64,000 nt of DNA from Iphione sp. A-MEVVRFRX5 (taxonomy: Eukaryota). Of the stretch, positions 1 through 12,460 are shown in pieces. How positions within the stretch are numbered: position 1 is the first letter of the stretch; every line of letters starts with the position of its first letter. The notes under the pieces are model-generated. The model was not told the DNA's origin. It was given only the letters and a program-made list of their open reading frames with translations, and did no database searches. The position numbers and the translations under genes were made by a program. The stretch lies in contig OZ320313.1 of NCBI GenBank assembly GCA_976226885.1, positions 31,992,001-32,056,000 of the forward strand. The letters run 5' to 3'.

Positions 1-79
1 GCCTCACCTACTGGCCATGTGCTTGGCTACTGTGAGAGTTCCCTAGTACCCGGATCACTTCTTAGCCCACACACTGGGA

Positions 80-565
80 TTGGGGCCCCACTGGGCCACC
101 CTAATAATCCACAAATCGGCGTCTCCAAAGCTCGTACACACCGCTCCCTCCTGCCACCCCCGTGGAAGGGGCTCTGGACCATTCCTCCTTGTCAATGCCC
201 TCCTGGAGGCCCATCCCCATATAACAGCATGTGGGCCTATGAGACATAGCTGCATTGCTCCCGAGTCCCCAAGGGTCTCCCCTTTCCATTCAATGAGAGC
301 GATGGGACCATGAGCAGAGCCTTTTGGATCAGCAAATGTAACATCAAAGACCAAACCACACATGTCAACAACCAAATGGCAGCGAGAGTGGCACAAAGCA
401 GGCAGGTTGTCAGAGTTAATGGTACACTTTGGGCTAGGAACAAAGACACTCAAACCCATGTGAGTGGCACACATTGATTCCAAGACTCAACAATACGAAG
501 CTTGTGAGCATCCGCTTCTGGAGGAGTACAGCTGCAACCGCCAAAAACTCTCTTAGAAATACATC
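80..565 (+). mobile_element. Decayed 3' part of a non-LTR retrotransposon ORF2 (RNase H-like segment plus C-terminal EHxLL region)
   Basis: Across frameshifts: LLEAHPHITACGPMRHSCI (resembles RNase H 'I.L.WVPSH.GI'), NESDGTMSRA (resembles 'NE.AD.LAK.A'), KWQREW...GR (resembles 'WQ..W...GR') and YEACEHPLLEEYSCNRQKL (resembles 'ETVEH.LL.C..Y...R..L'). Motif order fits RNase H-bearing LINEs. Confidence 0.4.
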
Positions 566-3500
566 TGGGACAGAAACCCTACAGTGGGGGTAGGGGGAGC
601 GTTGGCGCCGTTACAAGATGGCGCGGTACTGTGGTTTCACCGAAATTAGACGTAGACCGGTACAAAAACAACTACCTCTGACTGTTAGCCCAGATCTTGT
701 GAACAGCATATCTGTGTAGTGAGAATATACATTGGGAACTTTTGCAACTATATACAGTTTGGTATATTTGAGAGGTTTTTATTTTTTTAGAGCCTCTTCG
801 TGCAAGATAGGGCTTAGAGTGTGTAAATACAAGGCGTGATACATGAGTGAAATGTCTTCTTATTCATAAATTACATTATTTCAATACTAGAACCTCTAGG
901 TTATCTCATACATCTCATTAACATTGTTGTTATATAGAATAAGGACCATGGTCATGTGTACATCTGGAATGTATTTATTACCCAAGGTTAAATAATAATA
1001 GTCTTTAAAAAATGAGCCAATTACTCTGCAACTATCGTCCCAACTAAGGTAATGCTCAAGTTGCTCTGATCAACGTCTTGTTGTTGATAATATTTTTTTT
1101 GTTGGTTTTGCCTTTCTTCTTCTCTCTCCCCTTATGTTCGCCATGTTATTTCCAGTGTTTCATCGTTGATCTTATATGCCCACTTTTCAAAGTTCGTTTT
1201 CATTAATTTTATGAAGTGTATAATTGTTTACAAAATTGTCTGCTTTCCTACTTTCAGTGTGTTTTTTGCCCATGGTTCTCCTTTCCGAACACTTCTTTCC
1301 TCCACGACGGCCGTCTAGCCCTGCTATCGTGATTTCCATCTCTCGTGACATTTGGACGAGATGCAGTTCTTCTTTGCTGTCCCTGTTGTTGCGCCTCCGG
1401 CGCCCCATGCATTCCCCATTTCGTTCGTTTAGTCCATCATTGTAACCGCCTTTTGTCTGTTATTCATGCCTCTAGGTTTAGTGAAACCCCAAATTCATCG
1501 ACATTATAATGGAAAACGAATTAAGAAGAAGGGACCGTTTGACATTATTCAACTTGTAACTTTCATACACCGACTGATTTGCTATGTTTTATAGAATGTT
1601 TTTAAATGTCTTCTCTTGTCCTCTAGGTTGTTGTAAACGATAGTATCGCATTCAAATGAATTTACAGCTGCAATCACGTCTCTGCCAAGTGCGAAAGTTT
1701 CGTCTTTCAGAATAGCCATGATTTCGATTCCTGCCTCCCATTTTCCCAGGGAACCTTTATAAAAAAAAAGACCCCTTGTTTTACGCCGACAACAGGAAGG
1801 AACGGTAATATGTAAACGTTGTCTTTTATCAGCTTTGCGTGTCGCACGACTGTCGGAAAGGTGTGTGCGATGGTTGTGAGGGGGGTAAGGAGGCGATAAA
1901 ATATACGTGTATATTACAACATGCAATACCTATGTTGCCATAAATGTGTTTGCTTTTGCCAGTATCATCACGTGTGCTTTGCTTAATTGCACAAGACACG
2001 CAATGAAAAAATTAATCCATTATAATTTTCCTTCCTCTCGAAATATCTCTACGGTAGGTCTTGCACTTAGTTCCCAGTGGTCCCCTCTTGAATAACCCGA
2101 ACTTTAAAGGGGGGGCACCTGCATAACATCTGTCGTAACGTCTTCTCATATTGTGACCTCCCTATGCAATATGTTTTAGAATACGCTTACCATTCAGACA
2201 GTCTGTCAGGCAATCAGCCTAGTCGCATTAATGAGATAGAATTTCAATAGTGTAGCCGACCCTAAGGTTCATTTCACTATACTACTATATGTACTTCCGT
2301 GACTGGGTTGTTGACGGTCTCCCTGCGTCTCGTGTGGATTCTTGAGACTTTGATCGACATCCGCTACACGCTCGTGGAAAGGATTGTGTATACTTTGAAA
2401 CAGTGCTATACCTCGTCTGTTTTGTTCCTACGAATTCGACTACCTCAACACAGGATTGCGAATAAGCTTAAATTCTTCCAAATAACACTCAGTATATACA
2501 TATGTACATGCAATGTCTTCACGAAATGCTTGTCGACATAGATTATGTAGATTTTTTCGTCACTTGTCAAGTTACATGTACATGTATATAGAAAATAAAG
2601 TATGAAGGAAATACATAGCAGCGTACAGGAAGATAGCCATCAAAGGCCTTAATATTAATTACTAAATTTCCTCTCGAAGGTTCTGTATAACGACCTACAT
2701 TTTATAAGCCGATACTTTCTGTGACCACGACTTGATTTCTCCACATTTTTTCTCGCAAAATGTTCAGGAAAGTCTCGTTTCTGAAAACACATGTTAGAAA
2801 AGTTCCAAAACGCGAACTTGTCAGTTGAAACCTCATCGCAGTTTGCCGTACATCGCTCAAGTAGACGCGGCGTTCCTCGCTGGCGCATTTTCTGTCATCC
2901 CAGCAAACGACTTTTTCCCTCTTCATCGCTCTCCGCCTCCTGCCATTTGTCAGTATGTTTTTTTGGGACTCGAGGAACGGTAGGCTAGGGGAGGCCATCA
3001 ACGCCCCTGCTCTAACGATTACCACTTTGGCTGGCACTCCTTACCGTTTACGTTCTAACCCCTGTGACCCTGGGATTAATCTTTTAACGCAATGTTTTCC
3101 CTCTACTCCCCTTTCTCTCGATATCTGCTCTCCCTTCTCTGGTCTTTCATTTTTTCGCTCACCCTTTCCCAGCTGATATCCAATATTTCTTTCTTCTACC
3201 AGCACATTCTGTAGTCGCGCATTCTTCAGCTATAACTTCGCAAAAAAAATCAGTTTACAAAGAGAATATCAAATAAACGTCCTCGTACAGACCCCCATAT
3301 CTATGTGCTCAGAATATTATGAATGTCTTGGTTATTTTCGTTTCTCTTGTTTCACTCTATAGATTCCCATCTCTGACCCAAGTGGCTGAAGTGGAAATTG
3401 AGATTTCTATTCGGATTAGTGAATTGCTTTTGGCTGGCAACTTCCTTTCATGTTGGGGATCGTATCGTGTATCGAGTCCGCTTTCATATTAGCCTGTGCA

Positions 3501-4237
3501 GGCCTTAGCATATTGGATTGGGATTACCCACGGACTCTTATCTGATTACTTTGCTATGCGAAAAAGAAGTCTTATCCATATATATATGTATGATTCTGCG
3601 TTCAAGATATGTACAACTCGAGCAGCCAATTTCAGTGCTAACAAAAGGGAGAAAGAAATGCCCCTGCATATGTGGGGCCTTTGTCCGCTGCAAGGTTTCG
3701 CAGAACTATTCATGACGTATGTATTTTTAGTAAGTTTGGAGTACTGAGGAAGAAAAACCTGAGATGCGCACGAATTTTCTATTCATTGCACCAGAAAAGC
3801 AGTTCTCCCATTCACTTGCTCTACGTTAAAGTTGCAGTTTAAAAATAGTGAATTTTTCCATGATCTATTATTTCGGCGTTGACTTTGGTAAACAAACCAT
3901 TAAAAGGGGAAATTCGCATCTGTTCAGATTATGCCGCTGTCACCTATCTTATGACTGGTTCCAAAACTTCACTTTAAACTCGGTTAAAGGGCCGTTATCG
4001 TTATGGCTCCGGGCAACTTGTACGCTTTTTCTTACATCGATCAGTTTCTTTCATAAACCGCAAACGGGCTTGGCACATTTTAAAGTCTTTAACGCGTTGT
4101 TTTTGTACACAATTTGCATCGAGCACCGCGTTTGGGTTGATGGGACGAAGGTAAAAACGACAGCTGCAAGCCTGGATATGTGCTTGTGTTGGACAGACCG
4201 AGAAGGGTGGGCGGCGTGGATAGGGAGTAGGACAGGG

Positions 4238-4245
<8 letters not shown>

Positions 4246-4330
<85 letters not shown>
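4246..4330. repeat. Compound microsatellite (GA)n(GACA)n
   Basis: Directly visible. Confidence 0.97.
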
Positions 4331-5152
4331 AAAAGGCTGAGATACCAAGAGAATGAACATGCACAGGAAGACGGGAAATACGGTGCTACAGAAATAACGT
4401 TAGAAACATGATCCTCACACCTTTCAGCACTGACAACTACGCCAAAACACACAGCCTGTTCTCATGTTACACCAGTCGAGTTTGATACATGATGCACTGA
4501 AATATAAAACCGAATGTCTCTGCCCCTCGAGTAAATAATCCTCGAAAATCGTATTGTGCACATTAAAGAAGTTTTAAGTATTCCACAGTTATAACTGATC
4601 TGTGTTTCATACATTAGAACGTGTTGATAATGTAGACGTATTTCAAGTTGGGCTAAGCAGAACACGGACAAAACGTTTCTTTAATATTTCCGTTAAGATA
4701 AACGTGCTTTCCTTTGTTTTTAATTATCTGTGATATACTTCTAAACGACCTTAACCGGTCACTTACATATATTGCAGCATTTAAATGAGTTAGATGACCC
4801 TTATCCCTACGCAAGCCCTTTCCACTTGAAAGGTTTCGGACCCAAAGTGTTGAGTCAGCGTAGATGGGCGAGTGCGATGTGGCCCCCGGCCTTTAGGAGG
4901 AGCCTTTGCAGTGGGAAAGAACCCTGCCTCCTGCCAGGAATGTCAGGAATTTAATGTCTGTGTTTTTAAAATGGGACTGGGGATTATTTAAGGGAGCCTA
5001 AGAAGTAAACGCGGAAATGCTATTTTTAAAAAGAACCCTCACGTGTATGCGCACATCTAAAAACGTGTTGTGCTCTATGTGTGTCCCTATTGAGCGTGGT
5101 CTACAGCAGTGATGAGAAGTGCAGGCGAAGTGCAGAGGGAGGGAGACGGGGG

Positions 5153-5162
5153 GAGAGAGAGA

Positions 5163-5237
<75 letters not shown>
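5153..5237. repeat. (GA)n microsatellite
   Basis: Directly visible, one interruption. Confidence 0.97.
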
Positions 5238-5240
<3 letters not shown>

Positions 5241-6674
5241 GTGTCAGACAAACGGTCAGTCAGACAGACACACAGACTCACAGAAACCAAAGCAAAAAGA
5301 CCAATCATCATGAAGTAGATTTGAGCCCCCCCCCCGCGATGGAACTTTAATAAATACTTTGCAAAATACGTGTATATATTGAATATATCAGTTGACGGCA
5401 GGAGATAATGAACAACGTGTGCCATACCTCTTTGGGATATTTGATAATGCTCAAAACGTACCACTTCTATTTTAAATACCAGACGCATACTGCGACATCT
5501 CCACCGAGAACAAACCACATTCATGGCGTGGTAGGGGAGCGAGCGATGTTGGAGGCGGCGGGGGCTCTAGTATATGTACATCAACGATTGACGTTTATGT
5601 CATGAGGGAACGTCAGGCTCTCTGCAGGCGGCTGATAGTCCGGCATCGCAGGAGGCCTTGGGACACAGCGGGGAGACGTCGAGGGCTGGACCACGCTGGC
5701 GGGAGCCTCCGTTAGAGTTGGGCAGATAGGGCTGGAGAGGAACATCCATCCGCTGGCTCATAGAGCCCGGCGAGTGCGGAGTTAATCAGGGTAACAGACT
5801 GGGTAACGACCAGCCTCAAAGCCCTTGGCCCTACCTGCGACTAACAAGTTAATTCGACTGAGAGTGTGGAAGCACGCTAACCGCAAATCTCAAAGGGTAT
5901 ATCTGCGAGTAACTCCTACTAATCTTGGGACAGGTCACGAGGTTTATGGGTAGCTTGCATAACACCATAGAACCCGCACTGATGTGTTTCTAGGCCGGAT
6001 TAGTGTCCAGAGGGAGAGAAAAATAGAGAGAAAATAATCTGGAATGGACTGCGTTTAAAAGTTCCATTCACCAATCCCTGATGCGCGAGTCACTCACTGG
6101 CATTGTTAAAGTCTCCAAATCCCTCGTAGTTGCGATAGCTTGCAGACGAGTGCGGAATAACCGCGTTTGAGACCCGGAGGTCCGCACGTAGAGCCATGAT
6201 TGGTTTGGTTGGATGGGTTGGCTTACGGTGGGGAAGGTTGAACGCGGGTTATTGGTACATGTATGGCTAAGGAAAGGTCCCAGGCCACAATGGCTAGGCA
6301 ACATTTCTACATCGACGAGTCTTATATGGATGGATATAGCATAGCAACTAGGGATGGCCCAATAAAAACTGTCGTGAAGGCGGAGGTGAATGATGGAGAA
6401 TGAGCACAAGATACGACTTTAGCATCGCGCGGACAGATTAGGGCTCGCTAATGTTTGTAGGAAGGGAAATGAAGCCTGTCCTCACATGGAAGTGCAGGCT
6501 TACATGGTTGGTACATGTAGTAACACCCGGCCAGGAGTGGAAGATAACGCCTTACATGACACAACGTGACAACTGCCCGCAGGACAGGAAGCAGAACCTG
6601 ACAGGGTAACATTGTCACGGACAGTTAGTAAAATATATAAGATAGTAAATACTGGAACCGGAACTGGATAGTTT

Positions 6675-6724
6675 GCCTTAAAAAACAAGACAGACAGTCG
6701 CCTTAAAAACAAGATAGACAGTCG
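6675..6724. repeat. Two-copy ~25-bp tandem duplication
   Basis: gccttaaaaaacaagacagacagtc followed by gccttaaaaacaagatagacagtcg. Confidence 0.9.
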
Positions 6725-7059
6725 AACTTGACAGAAAATATCGGCAGATTGTATAACAGACAGAGATGGTTACTTGGCAGGTTACATGACTGGAGAGACT
6801 ATTCAGCAGAGCAGAGCATGGTAGATAGCAAGACTAGATGGATAAATAGCAAAATGTTACATAGTCTGTTGCACAACCGTAAAGGGCAAAGCTGAATTTG
6901 ACATGTGCCTCCTACCAGTTAGTTGCATCACACACAAATAGATAGCGTCATACAGTGCTAGCAATACTACTTGCTGATAGCAGAACTCTCAGCGCAGCAT
7001 CCTCTGATGGCTTCAGTTCTGATGGAGGTTGGTGAAGTGGTAAATATATGCTGATAAAA

Positions 7060-7259
7060 TGGGACGGGCAGAATCGATTTTCCCGACCGACAGGATGGAG
7101 TTGTATGTAGCCGGTTACATTGGGAGAGCCAAGCTGTATGGGAGTTGCGACTTTCTTCCACGACCGTAATGAAGTCACGAGAAACGATTGCATTGAAAGA
7201 TTAAGAAGGGTAGAAATAAATGTGACATAATAAGGACAAATTAATTTTTCAATGTTCAA
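7060..7259 (-). mobile_element. CR1/L2-type LINE ORF2 fragment (region preceding the RT core)
   Basis: ORF 6948..7259(-) reads ISTLLNLSMQSFLVTSLRSWKKVATPIQLG, resembling the consensus 'L..I.NLSL.SG.VP..WK.A.V.PI.K.G'. Confidence 0.5.
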
Positions 7260-7829
7260 TAAATCTCAGAGTGAGACTGACGTAACAGCAATTTCGGCTA
7301 GTGTCAGTGCCTTTGTGAGGGACTGGATACCCGCCAGCGTATGAAAGGAATTTGAGTTGCCGTTTTTGATCTCTGATCACATTTACTTTCACGACCTTGA
7401 AGGGTAATATGTTTTACCTAGAAATATCTGATGGTAAAACATAGCCAAAAGGTTTAATATTCATATAAATACGTACGTGTGTATAAACAGATAGTAGCTC
7501 ATATGTATACAAATTAAATAAAACAATATCACCAAAATGGATATTTCGGTTTTAGAGTACTCCCCCAGTAAGAATAGGCAAATAAACTCACGCAGATTGT
7601 TGGGAACTGGAACTGGCTCACCAGCACTTGCTTGTATAACTTTTTAAAGTTTTATGTAACCTGGTTAGACTGACAAGGACCTTAATTTATATACAGGACA
7701 TAAATAGATGGTAGAATTTTTGTCATTATTTGCAGTTGAGTCATTATATCATTGTTTTACACATCTAATGCAGCTGCCATGTGATAATCTCTTAAGAATA
7801 GCGTAATAACGTAGGAGTAGCTAGAAGTA

Positions 7830-8061
7830 AACGTCGGTTATCTTTTTACAGAAATCGTTCGACAACAAGTATTATCTGAAGTCACAACATTGGATTCTGT
7901 CAGGGTAGTGTGTAAATACATAATACCTGAGAGTGTGGAACATTTTTAGTTCTTGAAACTTCTCCCCATTATAGTTTGTTCATATCGCACGTCTACAAAC
8001 TTACAAACAAGAATATGTAGGAACTCCCAACACCCTCTTTGGTACTGTGGAAGATTACCAC
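7830..8061 (+). mobile_element. Possible decayed LINE ORF2 C-terminus
   Basis: LDSVRVVCKYIIPESVEHF...TLFG resembles the 'DSP.C.CG..ESVEHFLL.C....LL.G' tail; heavily degenerate and runs into a gap. Confidence 0.33.
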
Positions 8062-8210
8062 NNNNNNNNNNNNNNNNNNNNNNNNNNNNNNNNNNNNNNN
8101 NNNNNNNNNNNNNNNNNNNNNNNNNNNNNNNNNNNNNNNNNNNNNNNNNNNNNNNNNNNNNNNNNNNNNNNNNNNNNNNNNNNNNNNNNNNNNNNNNNNN
8201 NNNNNNNNNN
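8062..8210. other. Assembly gap (N run)
   Basis: N bases; followed by GACA-type repeats. Confidence 1.
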
Positions 8211-8754
8211 GACAGGCAGACAGACAGACATTAGGAAGAGACCTTTCTGTATCCCGCTGTATTTTCTGTACCACCAGCATGGAAGACCTGCCTACTAGTA
8301 TCAACAGAAAATTAACATCAGGTTTCTTATCATGTACTGCTGACAGATGTGCATATATATTTTCTGAGTAATTCTGTTCGTGATGAGACACTGCGCTACG
8401 CTCACATTTGCATGACGAATCGCATCAAGCATTGGTCTTTTTCCTGTCGCTTCGAATTATACTGTGTCAAATTCATCCATGAGCGTTCTTGAAACGACTC
8501 GATTTGCCCTAGTCGCATTTACGTGAAACCTGCATGGACTACGTCTAGATACATTTGCGGTGGTGACTTTTTATAACCAAATTTCGCCCAGGGATATATG
8601 TTTCGACTCCGAGATGCTGATAACATGACGTTGAAACATGAGTAGTAGCCGGGGTGTGGTTGCAGTTGCCATAGAGATGGCATTTTGGGGATGACATATG
8701 TCACCGCCTACATAATAAAATATATCCCATGTTTTTTGAGGTCATCTGCTTAAT

Positions 8755-8792
8755 GGTAAGTCGCATTAAGTAAGCTATACTGCCATGAATCC

Positions 8793-8853
<61 letters not shown>

Positions 8854-8999
8854 ACGAATTCGAGTCCCAACTCTCTTTTTCTGTCTTTCTATCTGCCTGT
8901 CTGTCTCTCTCTGGCACGAATTGGAGTCCCAAATCTCTCTTTTTCTGTCTGTCTGTCTGTCTGGTAAGTCGCATTAAGTAAGCTATACTGCCATGAATC

Positions 9000-9072
<73 letters not shown>
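8755..9072. repeat. Composite local duplication interleaved with (CT)n and (CTGT)n microsatellites
   Basis: ggtaagtcgcattaagtaagctatactgccatgaatcc(c)aaact at 8755 and 8963, each followed by (CT)n; a second unit (c)acgaatt(c/g)gagtcccaa occurs twice in between. Confidence 0.92.
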
Positions 9073-9078
<6 letters not shown>

Positions 9079-9573
9079 TACACACCAAAACGAGCACACA
9101 CACACACACATGCTGCTACACGCTACCTCTCCTTTTGCCTTCCTTCCTTCCTTTCCATTGTCTCGACTTTGCCAGTTTCCTTGAATACATGCATATCGAT
9201 ATGCTTACATCATCATTGTCGAGTAGCTTTCACATGCACCAACTTAATCGTTTGCCTTCTTGCACCGAACAGTCCTCGCAACAGCAAGTCCTAATGGACA
9301 CATTAGAGAGAGAAAATAGGATGTTTATAGATAGTTGGAATATTTGGACTACATCCATAACAATGTAAGCGTGAGGAGTAACGATGCAGACAGTCAACGC
9401 CTCCTCATGCTCTAGGGAGAGGCTAGCCTCTACGTACACACCCCGCACCCCCATCATCAGAACATGGCGTGATCATTGGCTATTCCTGAAGCCGCTTTGT
9501 TTGACAAGCGTTCTCTTCGCAGCAGACATAGATAGCCGCCCACCTGCTCGCTATGTAATAATGTGTGTGCTTA

Positions 9574-9633
9574 ATGTATGTATGTATGTATGTATGTATG
9601 TATGTATGTATGTATGTATGTATGTACGTATGT
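9574..9633. repeat. (TATG)n microsatellite
   Basis: Directly visible. Confidence 0.97.
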
Positions 9634-9947
9634 GTCTGAGCTCTGGTGGTAGAAGTGGTTGACTCCCTTCAACACCTCAGCCTCCTTCACTGACACCACC
9701 CGGGTAGTTTCATCAGACCTCCCCCCCCCCCTTCCAAACACACACCTTCCTCTTCGGTACAAAATACTCTCTTCCGTACGCTTAATACCATGGCAGTCAG
9801 TTGCCATGGTAAAAACGACTGCCGCCGCCGCGGGCGCCGCCTTCCCCCGACGTGCCCACCCATGCCCTCCCCCGCCAGCGGTTGTGCGCCGCTCCCCCTA
9901 CCGGACTCCTCCCAAAAATCCTCCGTGAAATTAGCAGTTCGGCCCGC

Positions 9948-9961
9948 TCACCAGGGGGCGT
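9948..9961 (+). promoter_or_regulatory. Candidate CTCF-like motif
   Basis: tcaccagggggcgt versus the core consensus CCACCAGGGGGCGC. Confidence 0.3.
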
Positions 9962-10825
9962 CAGGGGCGCCGTGTATTTCCGTCCGATTACAGGCGACAG
10001 TCGGTGTCCGGTTGGTGGGGCTGGGGAGAGAGGGGCGGAGAGTTTAGGGCGGAGAGAAGTTGAGACTTTGGGAGAGAATACCATGACTTTAGTGAGCCTC
10101 CCCCGTCTGATCGATGGTGGGAGATGATGTGGCTTGTCGCTCGTAGCCGCTGCTGTGTGTGTAGTCGCAGTCGGGCGCGATGAGCTGACTCCTGTACGGT
10201 CCGGCCGCCGACCAGGAGGAGGCCTGGAGTACATACCTGGGTCGTGTACTCCCCCGGGATCACACGGCGAATAGCCGCGTCCAGTCCGTTGACAAATGAT
10301 GCTAGATAGAAGGGGTAGCGGCTTGGCTAGAGGACAATGACAAAGTGGCATAAGTCCGCTAGGGTGGTCCCCCTTTTGATAATGTAAGTATATACAATCA
10401 AATAGCACAACAGTAGTATCCAGTGACAGAGTGGATAATTGTAGCTATACATAACACACTTACAGCTACAGTACCGGGGAGATTTTTTGGTTATCGTTTT
10501 ATATTTCCCATAACTGTATTTTTCAATGTGGATAGAGTTCCGCGTTCCATGTACGTGTCAATTCACGCGACGTTGTCCAGCATGAAGCAGAAAGGAACTT
10601 TTCTCGTAACCAAAATGAAACTAATTGATGTCTTCTAGCAGTGAAAGCTTTGGAGTTATTTAATAGAAGACTGACTGCTGAAATGGTTATTGAGTTATTT
10701 CTATGTGAAATCAGAAATTTGAGTTAGAAAGATCTACAGCAGTTATCCTTTAGCTGTTCTATGTGTATGCTGTTGAGGTTTTACTCATTTTTGGTAGTAA
10801 TCGTAAGAGGACAGCTGCGTGAAAA

Positions 10826-12460
10826 ATGACCAGTAAACTACACATTATTTTAATAAGTGCCAATGTATTCAAAGGGGTAACATCTAGACGAATTAGTCAT
10901 GTTGACAAATTGTTAGAGACGAATCATCCCACAAAAGGGCTACGACGAACAGCTATACCGGCGGAACCGTTTGACGACCGGGCGGAGCGTGCTGAGCTTG
11001 ACAGTGTTTCATTGAAGAATTAATTCCCAGGAGAGTAACAAGACAGCACACGAAGTCCATGTCTCCGCGGCCAATCGATACGAGGTGTTCACATGTACTC
11101 CAAATGCACGTAGCATTAAAATATTTCTTCTTGTTCAGCCCTTGGACAATGACACCAGTGATAATAATGTTCCCTTAAACTGGTTCTCTTCAGGATATTA
11201 CTCAACCTCTTCATGATATTCTATGGTGAAATTCACGAATCTATCAAAACCATGAATATCACAACTGAGAAAGTAAATGCTGGGAATAATCTTGTAAAAT
11301 CTGAAATGTGCTGTGCTAAAAATGGTTTGATTCCAAAAAGGTCCTCTACTCCCTTCAAAGGGAGAACACTGAACCTGAACCAGAACTAAAGAGTATTGCT
11401 GACGAGCTATTGGTTCAGAGGTCAGGGATAGAAGAGCTACGTTGTACTGGTTGGAGCTAAAGAACTCCACAAAATTAGATCCATAATGACACTGTTGAAA
11501 GACAGATAACGATATCAGACCAGATTTGAACACCAATACTACAAGCAGTGTGAAGGTTGTGGGCGCAAATAGTGCAATTTCCCTTATCATTGAGTTGAAT
11601 TCCATGGCAAAAAAAAAGATAACCTAATGAAAAAGCACAAAAATCTTTGGTTAAATGAGGACCTACCGTCAAGAGCCCAAACCTTTCAGTATATCCTTAG
11701 ACAGCTAGCAAATTTAGCAAAAAAGAGGCCATTCAGCTGCGACTTTGGGTGAATTTATTGATAGCGTACAGTAAAAGCATACAGACCTCCACCTATTGCC
11801 CAGGGGATTAACCGTTGAACTCACTAGTACAGTGGAAACCGTCAATGAAGGGTACTTCAGCTATGCCCATTCAATGTTGACGTCTGATCATCAAGCCCCC
11901 TTCGAATACATTGGCAATAAATACGCGAGTGTCAACCAAGCCTTTATCCAGAGTAGAGTAGGTCCTTTTAGTAGGAATCACTTGCCAGACAAAATCCTTT
12001 CATGTGTGAATCAATCCTAATTAAATGAAACTGACAGTATGCTTGTTCCTATTGAAATTCGAAAAGAGAAGAAACATAACACCCTTTGTACCATATTGGA
12101 ATCAAAACTTAAATCGAATGGAAAATTTAAACGATCATTAGCCCAAAATAAGGAAAAGCAGGTTATATATAGGAACAGTAACACCCAGTTAGGCACGGGC
12201 ATACCTTAGAATGCTCCCCAGTTAAGGACTAATACATTGAAGGGACTAAACGACCTGGAAAACTTATAAAAACCTGAACTAAAATATTCACGGTAATATG
12301 ATTTTCATAGATTTAAGAATAATTTTTGACACGGTCAATCATAATATGCTTTGCGTGGGTTAAAACATAATTTCATTTTCTCAAAAATTGCAATACTGTG
12401 GTTTTCAGACTACATGTATTTATGAAATAGGAATCAATTCTGTATCATTGCGGATGATTA
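10826..12460 (+). mobile_element. Decayed CR1/L2-type LINE: ORF1 with C-terminal NADAR-like domain, then an RT fragment
   Basis: ORF1-like KKDNLMKKHKNLWLNEDLPSRAQTFQYILRQLANLAK (~11610-11720). NADAR-like frame 11796-12283 with three in-frame stops. RT motif IFIDLRIIFDTVNHNML at ~12301 resembles 'IFLDLKKAFDTVDH.IL'. The 5' boundary is approximate. Confidence 0.72.
11796..12283 (+). pseudogene. NADAR/YbiA-like domain relic within LINE ORF1
   Basis: One frame: EGYFSYAHSMLTSDHQAPFEYIGNKYASVNQAFIQSRV...ILESKLKSNGKFKRSLAQNKEKQVIYRNSNTQLGTGIP*...KGLNDLENL*. Follows the NADAR pattern 'FF....LSNF....F...G..Y.S.EQ..Q..KA ... KF.QN..L...L ... E....D..WG.G ... G.N.LG..LM'. Confidence 0.65.

Noticed and set aside
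1187-1445. GC-richer patch with short ORFs on both strands (MGRRRRNNRD...)
   Set aside because: No convincing splice-site pair and no recognisable homology.
3848-5524. ORFs with ERERER, SLSLSL or QTDR runs (also 8750-9184 and 9384-9807)
   Set aside because: Translations of microsatellites.
9797-10408. Longest ORF in the track (203 aa, minus strand)
   Set aside because: Pro/Arg/Gly-rich, no recognisable domain, with overlapping ORFs on both strands; typical of a GC-rich island.
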